Part shown: piece after piece, positions 46,764-55,062 of the stretch
Position numbering within the stretch: position 1 is the stretch's first letter
Layout of the letters: each line of letters begins with the position of its first letter
Assembly: GCA_025361725.1 (NCBI GenBank)
Contig: JANYJV010000081.1
Location: forward strand, 5,963-69,962
From: Acidimicrobiia bacterium
Lineage (GTDB): Bacteria > Actinomycetota > Acidimicrobiia > IMCC26256 > JAENVU01
Direction: 5' to 3'
DNA length: 64,000 nucleotides
Made by a program: the position numbers and the translations under genes
Notes under the pieces: model-generated
Database searches by the model: none
Told to the model about the DNA's origin: nothing
What the model saw: the letters and a program-made list of their open reading frames with translations, nothing else

Positions 46764-47585
46764 CTACCGGAGACGCCACTCCACGCGTTTGCCGGAGGCG
46801 AAGCGCTCCTGCCCGGCGCGGAACGTGGCGGCGTCAGACCCGATACGGGTGAACAGGTTCGCCATCTCGATCCCCTGGTGGCGCGAGACCTCGAGCGCGG
46901 TCCAGAGTGCACGCATCGTGCCTTGGATCGCGAGTGGCGGCGCGTCGGCGATCACCCGGGCCGCCCACGCGGCGCGCTCGCGGAGTTCGTCACGCGGCAC
47001 CACCTCGGTGACGAGGCCGATCTCGCGCGCTCGCTCCGCGGACATGCGCTCGTCCGCGCCGAGCAAGGACATCCGCATGATCTCCTGGAACGGCATCTTG
47101 GTGAGCATCTGGATGGGTTCGAAGGCCGCAGTCATGCCGTAGGTGACGTGCGGGTCGAAGAACGTGGCGTCGTCGGCCGCGATGATGAACTCGACCTCGC
47201 CGAGGATGTAGAACGCGCCTCCGCAGGCCATGCCGTTCACGGCCGCGATCACCGGCTTCCAACAGTCGCGTGCCTTCGGTCCCACGTCACGGCCCGGATC
47301 GTCGTACATCCAGGGAGTGGGGTAGCCGGGGTAGTCGCCGGCCGCCATGGCGTCGGTGTTGGAGTCCGAGATCGCCTCGTTGCGGTCGATACCAGTGCAG
47401 AAGGATTCGCCCTCGGCGGTCAGGACCACACAACGGATGTCGTTGTCGTACCGGACCTCGTCCCACAGATGGCGCAGGTCGTTCTGCATCTGTTGGTTGA
47501 TCGCGTTGCGGACCTTCGGACGGTTGAGCGACACCCAGGCGATGCCGTCGTCTTTGGAAAAGAGCAGAGTCTCGTAGCTGGACAT
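46764..47585 (-). CDS. Enoyl-CoA hydratase/isomerase family protein (tandem paralog 1)
   Basis: Motifs LNRPKVRNA, FCTGID and AAVNGMACGGAFY are present. It is clearly similar along its length to the next gene. Confidence 0.8.
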   Translation of the reverse strand: MSSYETLLFSKDDGIAWVSLNRPKVRNAINQQMQNDLRHLWDEVRYDNDIRCVVLTAEGESFCTGIDRNEAISDSNTDAMAAGDYPGYPTPWMYDDPGRDVGPKARDCWKPVIAAVNGMACGGAFYILGEVEFIIAADDATFFDPHVTYGMTAAFEPIQMLTKMPFQEIMRMSLLGADERMSAERAREIGLVTEVVPRDELRERAAWAARVIADAPPLAIQGTMRALWTALEVSRHQGIEMANLFTRIGSDAATFRAGQERFASGKRVEWRLR

Positions 47586-47620
47586 CGGGCGAGTGTAGGA
47601 AGCGGCGAGAGTGCGGACCC

Positions 47621-48457
47621 CTACCGGATGTCGGGCTCGGTCCGCTGGGTGAGGAAGGCCTGGTGGCCACTTTCGATGTTGGCGTGATCGGTGCCGGCTG
47701 ATACGAGCATCGAGACCTGCATCAAAGCGTCGCGCCGCAAAGTCTCCTGCGCGAGCCAGGCGGCGCGCACGGTCCCTTGGATTGCGAGCGCAGGAGCAGT
47801 CACGATCGCCGCCGCGAGCTCCACAGCCCGATCTCGCACGGGAACCTCTCGCACGATCTCGGACACCATTCCGAGTTGATACGCGCGTTCGGCCGACATC
47901 CGTTCAGTGTTCCCGAGGAGTGCAATGCGCAGCGTCTCGCCGAACGGCAACTTCTGGAGCATGTGCACGGTCTCGAATCCGGCGACCATCCCGTAGGAGA
48001 CGTGGGGATCGAAGAACGTCGCGTGCTCGGCGGCGATGATGATGTCGCACTCGCCGAGCATGTAGAACGCGCCGCCGCACGCCATGCCGTTTACCGCGGC
48101 AATGACCGGCTTCCAGAGATCGTTCTGCTTCGGGTTGATGTACTCGCCCGGGTCGTTGAACATGAAGGGCGTGGACACGTGACCTGATCGCGGTGCCGAA
48201 GTTGCAGCACCCTCCGCGGTCCGTTCGAGGTAGCCGCCGATCGCCTCTTTCCGATCGATGCCGGTGCAGAAGGCCTTCTCGCCGGCGCCGGTGAGGACGA
48301 TCGCCTGGACGTCGTCATTGGTGCGGAGCGATCGCCACACCGTCGACAGCTCGTGCTGCATCTGGAGGTTGAACGCGTTGTGGACTTCGGGGCGGTTGAG
48401 GGTGACGACCGCGACCTTCCCAATCTCTTCGTACTGAAGGGTTTCGAGGTCGTCCAC
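47621..48457 (-). CDS. Enoyl-CoA hydratase/isomerase family protein (tandem paralog 2)
   Basis: Motifs LNRPEVHNAF, FCTGID and AAVNGMACGGAFY are present. Confidence 0.8.
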   Translation of the reverse strand: MDDLETLQYEEIGKVAVVTLNRPEVHNAFNLQMQHELSTVWRSLRTNDDVQAIVLTGAGEKAFCTGIDRKEAIGGYLERTAEGAATSAPRSGHVSTPFMFNDPGEYINPKQNDLWKPVIAAVNGMACGGAFYMLGECDIIIAAEHATFFDPHVSYGMVAGFETVHMLQKLPFGETLRIALLGNTERMSAERAYQLGMVSEIVREVPVRDRAVELAAAIVTAPALAIQGTVRAAWLAQETLRRDALMQVSMLVSAGTDHANIESGHQAFLTQRTEPDIR

Positions 48458-48738
48458 GAGCTGCTCCGGTGGTCGGTTCGACGGCGGCGCCGGACATTAG
48501 TTCGGGTTTGCGCACGTCGGTCGGGGAGTGCGGCGCGACTCGGATGAAGAACCACACTCGGCTCGGCCTTCGTCGAGTCTTCGACTCGGGCTCACGATTC
48601 CATGATCGTTGCTCTCCACCATGAACCCATGGATGCATCGAACCCAACGAGCAGAGCACGAGTACCCCGCCGCCGCAGAGTGGTCCGGCGCGCCAGTGTG
48701 AGCTTGGGCGTGCTCGCGACGTCTACGCGCCGGCTCGG

Positions 48739-49455
48739 GTGTGTCGAACGCCGGTCGTCATATGGGTGCACGGCGGCGGATATCACCTTGGCGACAAGGC
48801 CTCCCAAGTCCGTGACGAGGTCCGTCTGTTCAATGACCGAGGCTTCCTGTTCATCAGTGTGAACTATCGGCTGACGGTGAAGGGTGATTCGAGCTCTGCG
48901 CATTACCCGGACCACTACGACGACGTGGCCGCCGCGGTTGCGTGGTTGCATTCCAATATCGGACGGTTCGGTGGCGATGCCTCGCGCATCGCGCTCCTCG
49001 GTCATTCGGCCGGGGCGGACATCGTCTCCAACGTGGCCACGAATCCGCGCTACCTGCGAAATCACCGCCTCGGGTTGCGCGCGATCGCGTGCGCCGGCCC
49101 GCTCGACACGGAAGGGTTCGACAAAGTGACGGCTGACGCCGGAGGTGGCGAGGAACGCTCCGCGTGGTCAGACGCGCTCGGGAATGCTCCGGACTTCGAG
49201 CGCACGACGTCGGCGATCACGTGGATCCGACCGCACGTGGGAATCCCGCAGACCATCGGCGTTGTACGCGGCACTCCGCAGCGGCGCGGTATCGAACAGG
49301 ACTACCTCGATCGACTTGCCGCCGCGAGCGTCCGAACCGCGCGGATCGATGCATCCGGTCTGTCGCACGCCGAGGTGAACCGACGGATCGGCGCACCGGG
49401 CGACACCGTGATAACGCCCCCGCTGATGAAGTTCCTCGATCGGTGTCTCCGTTGA
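48739..49455 (+). CDS. Alpha/beta hydrolase (HGGG-type esterase), 5' end disrupted or uncertain
   Basis: Contains VIWVHGGGY and GHSAGA. The same frame is open from 48625 and encodes the expected upstream DVYAP motif, but it has no start codon. The nearest ATG (48621) is in another frame. Confidence 0.55.
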   Translation: MCRTPVVIWVHGGGYHLGDKASQVRDEVRLFNDRGFLFISVNYRLTVKGDSSSAHYPDHYDDVAAAVAWLHSNIGRFGGDASRIALLGHSAGADIVSNVATNPRYLRNHRLGLRAIACAGPLDTEGFDKVTADAGGGEERSAWSDALGNAPDFERTTSAITWIRPHVGIPQTIGVVRGTPQRRGIEQDYLDRLAAASVRTARIDASGLSHAEVNRRIGAPGDTVITPPLMKFLDRCLR

Positions 49456-49578
49456 GCGACCTACGGTGGGGGCCATGGTGAGGGTCTCCGTCAGAGTGGT
49501 CCGAGGCAGCGGGCATTGACGGCCGAGCGGAAGTTGGGGGCGAGGTAGAGCAGATCGTGATCGACGGCACCCGATCGT

Positions 49579-50115
49579 TCAGCGGCCTGGCGGTGCGGAC
49601 CGTCGGCCTCGGTAATCGACGTATTGATCGCGCGGCCAGTACCGGGTGGGAGTGATCGTGTCGAGTTCGATCAAGTCGGCCTTGAGCTCGTCGTACTCGT
49701 AGCAGTTCAACTCGTACTGGTTGCCCCACGGGTCGGCCAGGTCGTATGCCCAGCACAGGTCGAAGTCGACGACGTCATTCGGCATGAGCGGTCCTCCCGA
49801 GGGACCGTCGATTCCGTTCGGCAAGGAACGCGCGAAGGCGGCGAAGACGCTCGCTCCGACACTGAACGCGACTCCGGTCTGTTGCCGGACCATCGGGTGT
49901 CCCTCGCCGGCTTCGAAGAGCGCCAGCGTGGTCCGGCCGCCGTCGGCGGAGATCTGGAGCGGACCGCCCTCGATGCCCGACGCCCAGAAATCGAATTGCT
50001 CGACGGGTTCGAAGCCGAGACGCTCCGCGTACCACGCTGCGGCCTCGGCTCGGTCGGGCACTCGGATGTGCACGTGATCGAGTCGTCCCATCCGGAACCG
50101 CATGCCCTCAGTCAT
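49579..50115 (-). CDS. VOC (glyoxalase/bleomycin-resistance/dioxygenase) family protein
   Basis: Contains LDHVHIRVPDRAEAAAWYAERLGF and the paired beta-alpha-beta-beta-beta pattern DPWGNQYEL. Confidence 0.7.
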   Translation of the reverse strand: MTEGMRFRMGRLDHVHIRVPDRAEAAAWYAERLGFEPVEQFDFWASGIEGGPLQISADGGRTTLALFEAGEGHPMVRQQTGVAFSVGASVFAAFARSLPNGIDGPSGGPLMPNDVVDFDLCWAYDLADPWGNQYELNCYEYDELKADLIELDTITPTRYWPRDQYVDYRGRRSAPPGR

Positions 50116-50700
50116 GGCATCACCGTTTGCGCCCAGCCGGTTTGTGGCGCGAGCACACAGAACGCGTTTCCCTCAGGGTCGGCGAGCACCACCCAATCGG
50201 CATCGACCGGTTGGCCGACATCGATACGCCGGGCGCCCAGTGCGATGAGCCGAGCCACTTCGGCGTCCTGGTCGTCGGGATTCAGGGACGGACGGGGTCG
50301 TCACACTCCACGACGACGCTGAACCAGTCGCTTGGCATGTCGCCACCGTAGGCGCACGGAAATCGCCCGCGGCGGGATCGAAGGTGGGCATCGCGCCGGA
50401 CATTCCCGCCTTCTTCCTGTTCTCCTTGTAGACCTCGGGGCCGAGCACCGGGCGGACCTCTTGCCCGGTCCAGGTGTGGTCGGTGAGGAGCTCGACGGCG
50501 ACGTCGGCAATGTCCCGCGTGGCGCAACTGGGCAGAGCTCGATCACCAGCGATGGAGAGTAGAACGCGCCCTGGTTGGCAATCGCGGCGGCCCGTCGAGC
50601 GAGGTTGTCCATGATTCGGCCGACGCTCGACCTGACGATGGCCCTCGCTGCCGGTCGACTGAAGTCGACATACGCCGCGTGCACGCTGTCGGCGTTGGGG
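50112..50700 (-). pseudogene. Decayed gene remnants: NmrA/NAD(P)-binding-like fragment plus glyoxalase-like (VOC) C-terminal fragment, several frame changes
   Basis: Three different minus-strand frames each carry family-like peptide stretches. These are ATRDIADVAVELLTDHTWTGQEVRPVLGPEV; WFSVVVECDDP; and LNPDDQDAEVARLIALGARRIDVGQPVDADWVVLADPEGNAFCVL. The last ends at a stop (50112-50114) overlapping the start of the downstream VOC gene. Confidence 0.35.
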
Positions 50701-50861
50701 CCGCGGTGACCAGAATCATGGAAGTGCTTCCTGTCGACGTCATGAAGCGCTCTGCATTCCCCGGCCCGAGGCAGAACATGCGAGCGTGGCAGGAAGCCGC
50801 GTTTGCGGGAACGAGCCGGCGGCGCGAGTGCATCGGATATAGAACCGCAGAGGAGCGATCG

Positions 50862-51479
50862 ATGGGTTTCTATCGAGACGAGATACTTCCACGATTCCAG
50901 GACCAGGTGATGGGCCGCACGCCTAACCGTGCCGTCCGCGCGCGGGTGTGCGAGCAACTCCGAGGTGATGTCATCGAGCTCGGTTTTGGCACCGGTTTGA
51001 ACGCGCGGTACTACCCGCCCGGGGTATCACGCGTTGTGGCGGTCGAGCCGTCGAAGGTCTGTATGCGGATCGCCGAGCCGAGGATCGCGGCCACGTCGAT
51101 CGCGATTGAGTACGGCGGACTGACGGGCGAACATCTCGATGTCCCGTCGCACGAGTTCGATACCGCGCTCTCGACCTGGACCCTCTGTTCGATCCCCAAC
51201 CTCGGCGCCGCACTCGAGGAGCTGCGACGGGTGCTGAAGCCCGGCGGAACGTTTCATTTCATTGAGCACGGACACGCACCCGACGAGTCCGTTGTGCGTT
51301 GGCAAGAGCGCATGGAACCCATCAACAAACGCCTCGCCGGCGGCTGCCACCTGACTCGACATATTGGGGAAGACATCGAGCGCGCCGGCTTCGAGATCGA
51401 GGCGCTCAACACCTACTACTTCGAGGGCGAACCCAAGCCGATGGGCTACACGTACGAGGGCATCGCCGTCAGTCGCTGA
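50862..51479 (+). CDS. Class I SAM-dependent methyltransferase
   Basis: The internal ATG is preceded by AGAGGAG. Contains VIELGFGTGLN (motif I) and LKPGGTFHFIEH. Confidence 0.8.
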   Translation: MGFYRDEILPRFQDQVMGRTPNRAVRARVCEQLRGDVIELGFGTGLNARYYPPGVSRVVAVEPSKVCMRIAEPRIAATSIAIEYGGLTGEHLDVPSHEFDTALSTWTLCSIPNLGAALEELRRVLKPGGTFHFIEHGHAPDESVVRWQERMEPINKRLAGGCHLTRHIGEDIERAGFEIEALNTYYFEGEPKPMGYTYEGIAVSR

Positions 51480-51587
51480 CGCTGGCGAGGATGATCGGAC
51501 TTGGTCCGCCATCCTCGTCTTCGGGGGTCTCGCGAGGTTCGTCCGAACGCTCACGAGCAAACCCGCCGCCCGGGATAGCGTCGTGGC

Positions 51588-52649
51588 GTGCGTCGTGAAC
51601 GATCCGGATATCCGATCGGGCTCGTCGCTGCGCTCCTCTTCGGTGCGAGCGCGCCGTTCTCGAAGCTGCTGCTCGATTCCGTAGGCCCGCAGCTGTTGGC
51701 GGGCCTTCTCTACTTCGGCGCGTTCGTGGCGGTCGCACCCTTCATCGCGACTCGGCCGCAACGCCAGGAGGCGGGGCTCCGGCGCGCAGACGTGCCACGC
51801 CTCGCGATCATCGTCACGACCGGCGGGATTCTTGCCCCGGTCTTGTTGATGATCGGCCTCGAACGGGTCACCGGGGTGGCGGGTTCCCTCCTCCTGAACC
51901 TCGAGGGACCGCTGACGCTGGTCGTCGGTATCGTCGTGATGCACGAGTACCTCGGCCGCCGGGCGGGTTTCGGGACCGTCGCGATCTTCGCCGGTTCTGC
52001 GCTGATCGGTCTTCGCGGAGGTGCCGGGACGATCGACGGGCTCGGGGTGGTGCTGATCGGCCTGGCGTGTCTCGGCTGGGCAATCGACAACAACCTGACG
52101 CAGGCGATCTCCGGCCGAGATCCATTCCAGATTGTGGCGGTCAAGACCGGCGTCGCGGCATCGGTCAACATCTCGTTGGCCCTGGTGCGCGGCGAGACGG
52201 GCGCGTCGTGGGGCATCGTCGGTGGCGCACTCGTGCTCGGCGCATTCGCCTACGGGATCAGCATCCTGCTCGACGCCTACGCGTTGCGATTGCTCGGAGC
52301 GGCGCGTGAAGCGGCGATCTTCGCAACGGCACCCTTCGCGGGGGCGTTGTTGGCGGTCCCGTTGCTCGACGAGTCGTGGAGCGGACTCGATCTGCTCGCG
52401 GCCGGAGTGATCGCCTTCGGTGTGGTGCTCCTCGTCGCCGATCGACACGAACACCTTCATGCGCACGAGCCATTCGAGCACGATCATCGCCATGTGCACG
52501 ACGCCCACCACCAGCACGACCATCCGTCCGGAGTCGACCCGACCCAACCTCACAGTCATCCCCATCGACACGAGCACCTCGTCCACGCACACGCGCACGT
52601 CAGCGACGCCCACCATCGCCACCGCCACCCGGACGGGCCAGCGAGCTAA
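51588..52649 (+). CDS. EamA/DMT-family transporter with 69-residue histidine-rich C-terminal tail
   Basis: It has ten hydrophobic helices in a 5+5 arrangement typical of DMT. The tail from residue 285 (nt 52440) contains 24 His (HEHLHAHEPFEHDHRHVHDAHHQHDH...HSHPHRHEHLVHAHAH...HHRHRH). Confidence 0.8.
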   Translation: MRRERSGYPIGLVAALLFGASAPFSKLLLDSVGPQLLAGLLYFGAFVAVAPFIATRPQRQEAGLRRADVPRLAIIVTTGGILAPVLLMIGLERVTGVAGSLLLNLEGPLTLVVGIVVMHEYLGRRAGFGTVAIFAGSALIGLRGGAGTIDGLGVVLIGLACLGWAIDNNLTQAISGRDPFQIVAVKTGVAASVNISLALVRGETGASWGIVGGALVLGAFAYGISILLDAYALRLLGAAREAAIFATAPFAGALLAVPLLDESWSGLDLLAAGVIAFGVVLLVADRHEHLHAHEPFEHDHRHVHDAHHQHDHPSGVDPTQPHSHPHRHEHLVHAHAHVSDAHHRHRHPDGPAS

Positions 52650-52686
52650 TACCCCCCCCGGGGTAACTTGACTACCCCCGGGGGTA
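52650..52686. promoter_or_regulatory. Two adjacent CsoR-type GC-rich palindromic operators
   Basis: The sites are TACCCCCCCCGGGGTA (52650-52665) and the perfect palindrome TACCCCCGGGGGTA (52673-52686). They lie 17-53 nt upstream of the CsoR-family gene start at 52703. Confidence 0.55.
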
Positions 52687-52702
52687 TCTGTATGATGGCA
52701 GC

Positions 52703-52972
52703 ATGGAACTTCCTCCGGAGGTCGTGTCGGACCTCACCAAGCGTTTGCGTCGAGTTGAGGGTCAGGTCCGCGGCATTCAGCAGATGTTGGCCGAAGAACG
52801 TGACTGTCGCGATGTCGTGACGCAGATCTCGGCGGCCAACAAGGCGCTGGAACAGACCGGCTTCGTCCTGGTGGCAGCCGGGCTCACCTGGTGTCTCGAG
52901 AACCCTGAGCGGTCCGCCGCCGAGGGGTACGAGCTCGCCGACGTCCAGAAGATGTTCACGAAGCTCGCCTGA
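52703..52972 (+). CDS. CsoR/RcnR-family repressor, CstR-like (two Cys, no His ligand)
   Basis: The DUF156 pattern is LTKRLRRVEGQVRGIQQML...RDCRDVVTQISAANKAL. Cys35 and Cys64 are present. The residue four positions before Cys64 is Gly, not the Cu-ligand His. Confidence 0.85.
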   Translation: MELPPEVVSDLTKRLRRVEGQVRGIQQMLAEERDCRDVVTQISAANKALEQTGFVLVAAGLTWCLENPERSAAEGYELADVQKMFTKLA

Positions 52973-53044
52973 GCTCCACCAAGACACGCGCATATCAGTG
53001 TGACCCACCCCGTGGTCGGTCGCGCCCGAAATCGAAAGGAAGCG

Positions 53045-53485
53045 ATGACTGTCGTGACGGACCCGCCGACGCCGCCCGGTACCAGGAATGTCGCTGCCGT
53101 TCCTCAGCGTGGCGCGTTGGCTCGTTTCGGATGAGCGTCGGCCCGACACCCGCGCCGGGTCATATCGATGGGGCTGCTGATCGCCGCGCCTTTGGCCGTG
53201 ACGCTCACGTCGGCGTTGTCGGGCGCGGGATGGGATGCGCAGGGCTCGACGGCGCAACGCGTCCGTGATGAGCTGCGTCGCGAGTTCCCGCAGCTCGACC
53301 CGCACGCCACCACGATCACCTACTGCGCGAGCGGCTACCGCTCGTCGGCCGCGGCCGCGGCCTCGACCCTCCGCGCCCACGGCTTCGGGTCGGTCGCTGA
53401 CCTCGTCGGTGGCTACGACGCCTGGACCGCCGCCATACGTCCCGCAGTGCCCCACGCCGCCGATCGCAACCAAGGAGTACCATCC
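53045..53485 (+). pseudogene. Chimeric remnant: MMPL-type transporter N-terminus (with in-frame TGA) fused to a rhodanese C-terminal fragment
   Basis: The remnant reads ...GALARFG-TGA(53132)-ASARHPRRVISMGLLIAAPLAVTLTSALSGAGWDAQGSTAQRVRDELRREFPQ, which resembles an MMPL N-terminus. From about 53297 the same frame reads DPHATTITYCASGYRSSAAAAASTLRAHGFGSVADLVGGYDAW, a rhodanese active-site loop and C-terminus. Confidence 0.4.
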
Positions 53486-53818
53486 ATGAACCCATTCCAA
53501 CCCGAGGCCAGTCCGACCGAGGCTCATCGACGCGGTTCGGACGTCGTCTTGCTCGACGTTCGCGAGCTCGACGAGTGGTCCGCCGGGCATGCCCCTGGAG
53601 CCCGGCACATGCCGCTTGGAACCGTTGACGCGTCGATGCTCGCCGACGACGCGACCGTGCTCTGCGTGTGCCGATCCGGGGGACGGTCCGCCCTGGCCAC
53701 CGAGTCCCTCAGACAAGCCGGTGTCGACGCTCGCAACGTCACCGGCGGCATGCAGGCCTGGGCCGAGGCAGCCCTCCCGATCGTCACCGACGACGACCGA
53801 CCCGGCACCGTCGCCTGA
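53486..53818 (+). CDS. Single-domain rhodanese sulfurtransferase
   Basis: The ATG is preceded by AAGGAG. Contains LLDVRELDEWSAGHAPGARHMP and the active-site loop CVCRSGGRS. Confidence 0.8.
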   Translation: MNPFQPEASPTEAHRRGSDVVLLDVRELDEWSAGHAPGARHMPLGTVDASMLADDATVLCVCRSGGRSALATESLRQAGVDARNVTGGMQAWAEAALPIVTDDDRPGTVA

Positions 53819-53885
53819 AACCACATGCAACGTCACGAACGCGTGTTCATCAACAATCGGGTCGCTCGCGCGGACGCGGTCGCTC

Positions 53886-54638
53886 ATGCCTGCCTGGCTT
53901 GAGATCACCGCGGTCGGGCTCGCCGTCGGCGTGCTCTTCGGAATCTTCGGTGTCGGGGGATCGAGTTTTGCGACGCCCGCGCTCGGGCTGATCGGCGTGC
54001 CCGGGCTCATCGCCGTCGCTGCGCCACTCCCCGCGACGATTCCAGCTGCGCTTGTCGGCATGGTCGCCTACGTACGACGAGGCCAGGTGGAATGGCCGAT
54101 CGCCCGCTGGTGTATCTACGGCGGGGTCCCGGCGACTGTCGTGGGCGCCGCGATGTCGAGTCGCGTCGGCAGTTCAGGACTCCTCATCGCGTCGGGTGTC
54201 GTGCTCGCTGCGGTCGGCGTACGCCTCATCGTGCCGGCCCGCACGCGAGCGCAGCACATGACATCGCGCCGTCGGCCTGCCCTCGTGATACCCGCGGCCG
54301 CAGTCATCGGCTTCTTCACCGGACTCCTCGCCAACGGCGGTGGCTTCCTGCTCGTTCCGCTCTTCGTCCTGGTGCTCGGCCTCACCATGCCCGAATCCGC
54401 CGGCACCAGCCTCGTCGTCATCGCCGTCCTCTCGATCCCGACGCTGATCACCCATTGGGCACTTGGACATATCGACTGGGCCGTCGCAGGCGCGTTCGCG
54501 CTTGGTTCGATTCCGGGCGCCGCCGCGGGCGCGCAACTCGCGCAACGTCTTCCGGCCGACGCGATGAAGCGCGGGTTCGGCATCATGCTGGTCGGCTTCG
54601 CGATCTACTTCGTCGCCCACCAGGTCAGCGTGGGCTGA
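53886..54638 (+). CDS. TauE/SafE (DUF81) family sulfite/organosulfur exporter
   Basis: Internal ATG (MPAWLEITAVGLAVGVLFGIFGVGGSSF). The 4+4 TM repeat has two GGG-containing segments (NGGGFLLVPL). Confidence 0.85.
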   Translation: MPAWLEITAVGLAVGVLFGIFGVGGSSFATPALGLIGVPGLIAVAAPLPATIPAALVGMVAYVRRGQVEWPIARWCIYGGVPATVVGAAMSSRVGSSGLLIASGVVLAAVGVRLIVPARTRAQHMTSRRRPALVIPAAAVIGFFTGLLANGGGFLLVPLFVLVLGLTMPESAGTSLVVIAVLSIPTLITHWALGHIDWAVAGAFALGSIPGAAAGAQLAQRLPADAMKRGFGIMLVGFAIYFVAHQVSVG

Positions 54639-54749
54639 GCGGCCGAAGCGCCTCGGGAAGAGCATGCCCCCGGGCGCGCGTGATTGATTGGTCGGGGACT
54701 CGGTACCATGAAGGGCCAGAGACCAGCGAACCGCCGAAGGTGGTGCACG

Positions 54750-54941
54750 ATGCCCGTAGTCGTCAGCGAGATCCTCGGGTGGGAAATTTTGGTCCCGCTC
54801 GCTCTCTTGGTGGTGTTCTTTGGTGGTTCCAAGATCCCGCAACTTGCCCGTTCACTCGGCCAAGCACAGAACGAGTTCAAGAAGGGTCTCCGCGACGGCG
54901 CCTCGGACGGCGAGGACAAGCCCGTCGAGCCGCGAGGCTGA
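54750..54941 (+). CDS. tatA: Twin-arginine translocase subunit TatA/E
   Basis: The sequence ILGWEILVPLALLVVFFGGSKIPQLARSLGQAQNEFKKG is the canonical TatA TM plus amphipathic helix. No tatC or tatB is nearby. Confidence 0.8.
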   Translation: MPVVVSEILGWEILVPLALLVVFFGGSKIPQLARSLGQAQNEFKKGLRDGASDGEDKPVEPRG

Positions 54942-54970
54942 CTCCTCGGCCTGAACGCCATTGCAACCCA

Positions 54971-54986
54971 CGCAGCCACGAAGGCT
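54971..54986. repeat. Direct repeat copy 1, CGCAGCCACGAAGGCT (candidate attL)
   Basis: An exact 16-nt match occurs at 57130-57145 in the same orientation. Confidence 0.6.
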
Positions 54987-54989
54987 GCG
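54971..54989 (+). terminator. Hairpin CGCAGCC-ACGAA-GGCTGCG after tatA
   Basis: The stem is 7 bp and it lies 30 nt after the stop. It overlaps direct-repeat copy 1. Confidence 0.4.
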
Positions 54990-55062
54990 GTTGATCACGA
55001 CAAGCCCACCGCTAGAGGCGGCACCTCGTGGTATGTTTATTCAGTAACTTATATACTTACTA

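Noticed and set aside
53132-53134. A second in-frame TGA (in the MMPL-like remnant) as another selenocysteine site.
   Set aside because: It aligns with a position that is typically Trp/Arg in MMPL N-termini (LGRW...), not Cys. The surrounding gene is clearly truncated by a deletion. A TGG-to-TGA nonsense mutation is the simpler explanation.
54665-54676. TGCCCCCGGGCG upstream of tatA as a third CsoR-type operator.
   Set aside because: It is not a palindrome, it lacks the TA...TA ends of the two sites at 52650-52686, and it is a short GC string expected by chance in this composition.
54971-54989. Treating the tatA-proximal hairpin purely as a terminator with no further significance.
   Set aside because: Its first 16 nt recur exactly at 57130-57145, where no hairpin can form. 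The repeat relationship (candidate att duplication) explains more than a terminator alone. The terminator call is kept at low confidence.
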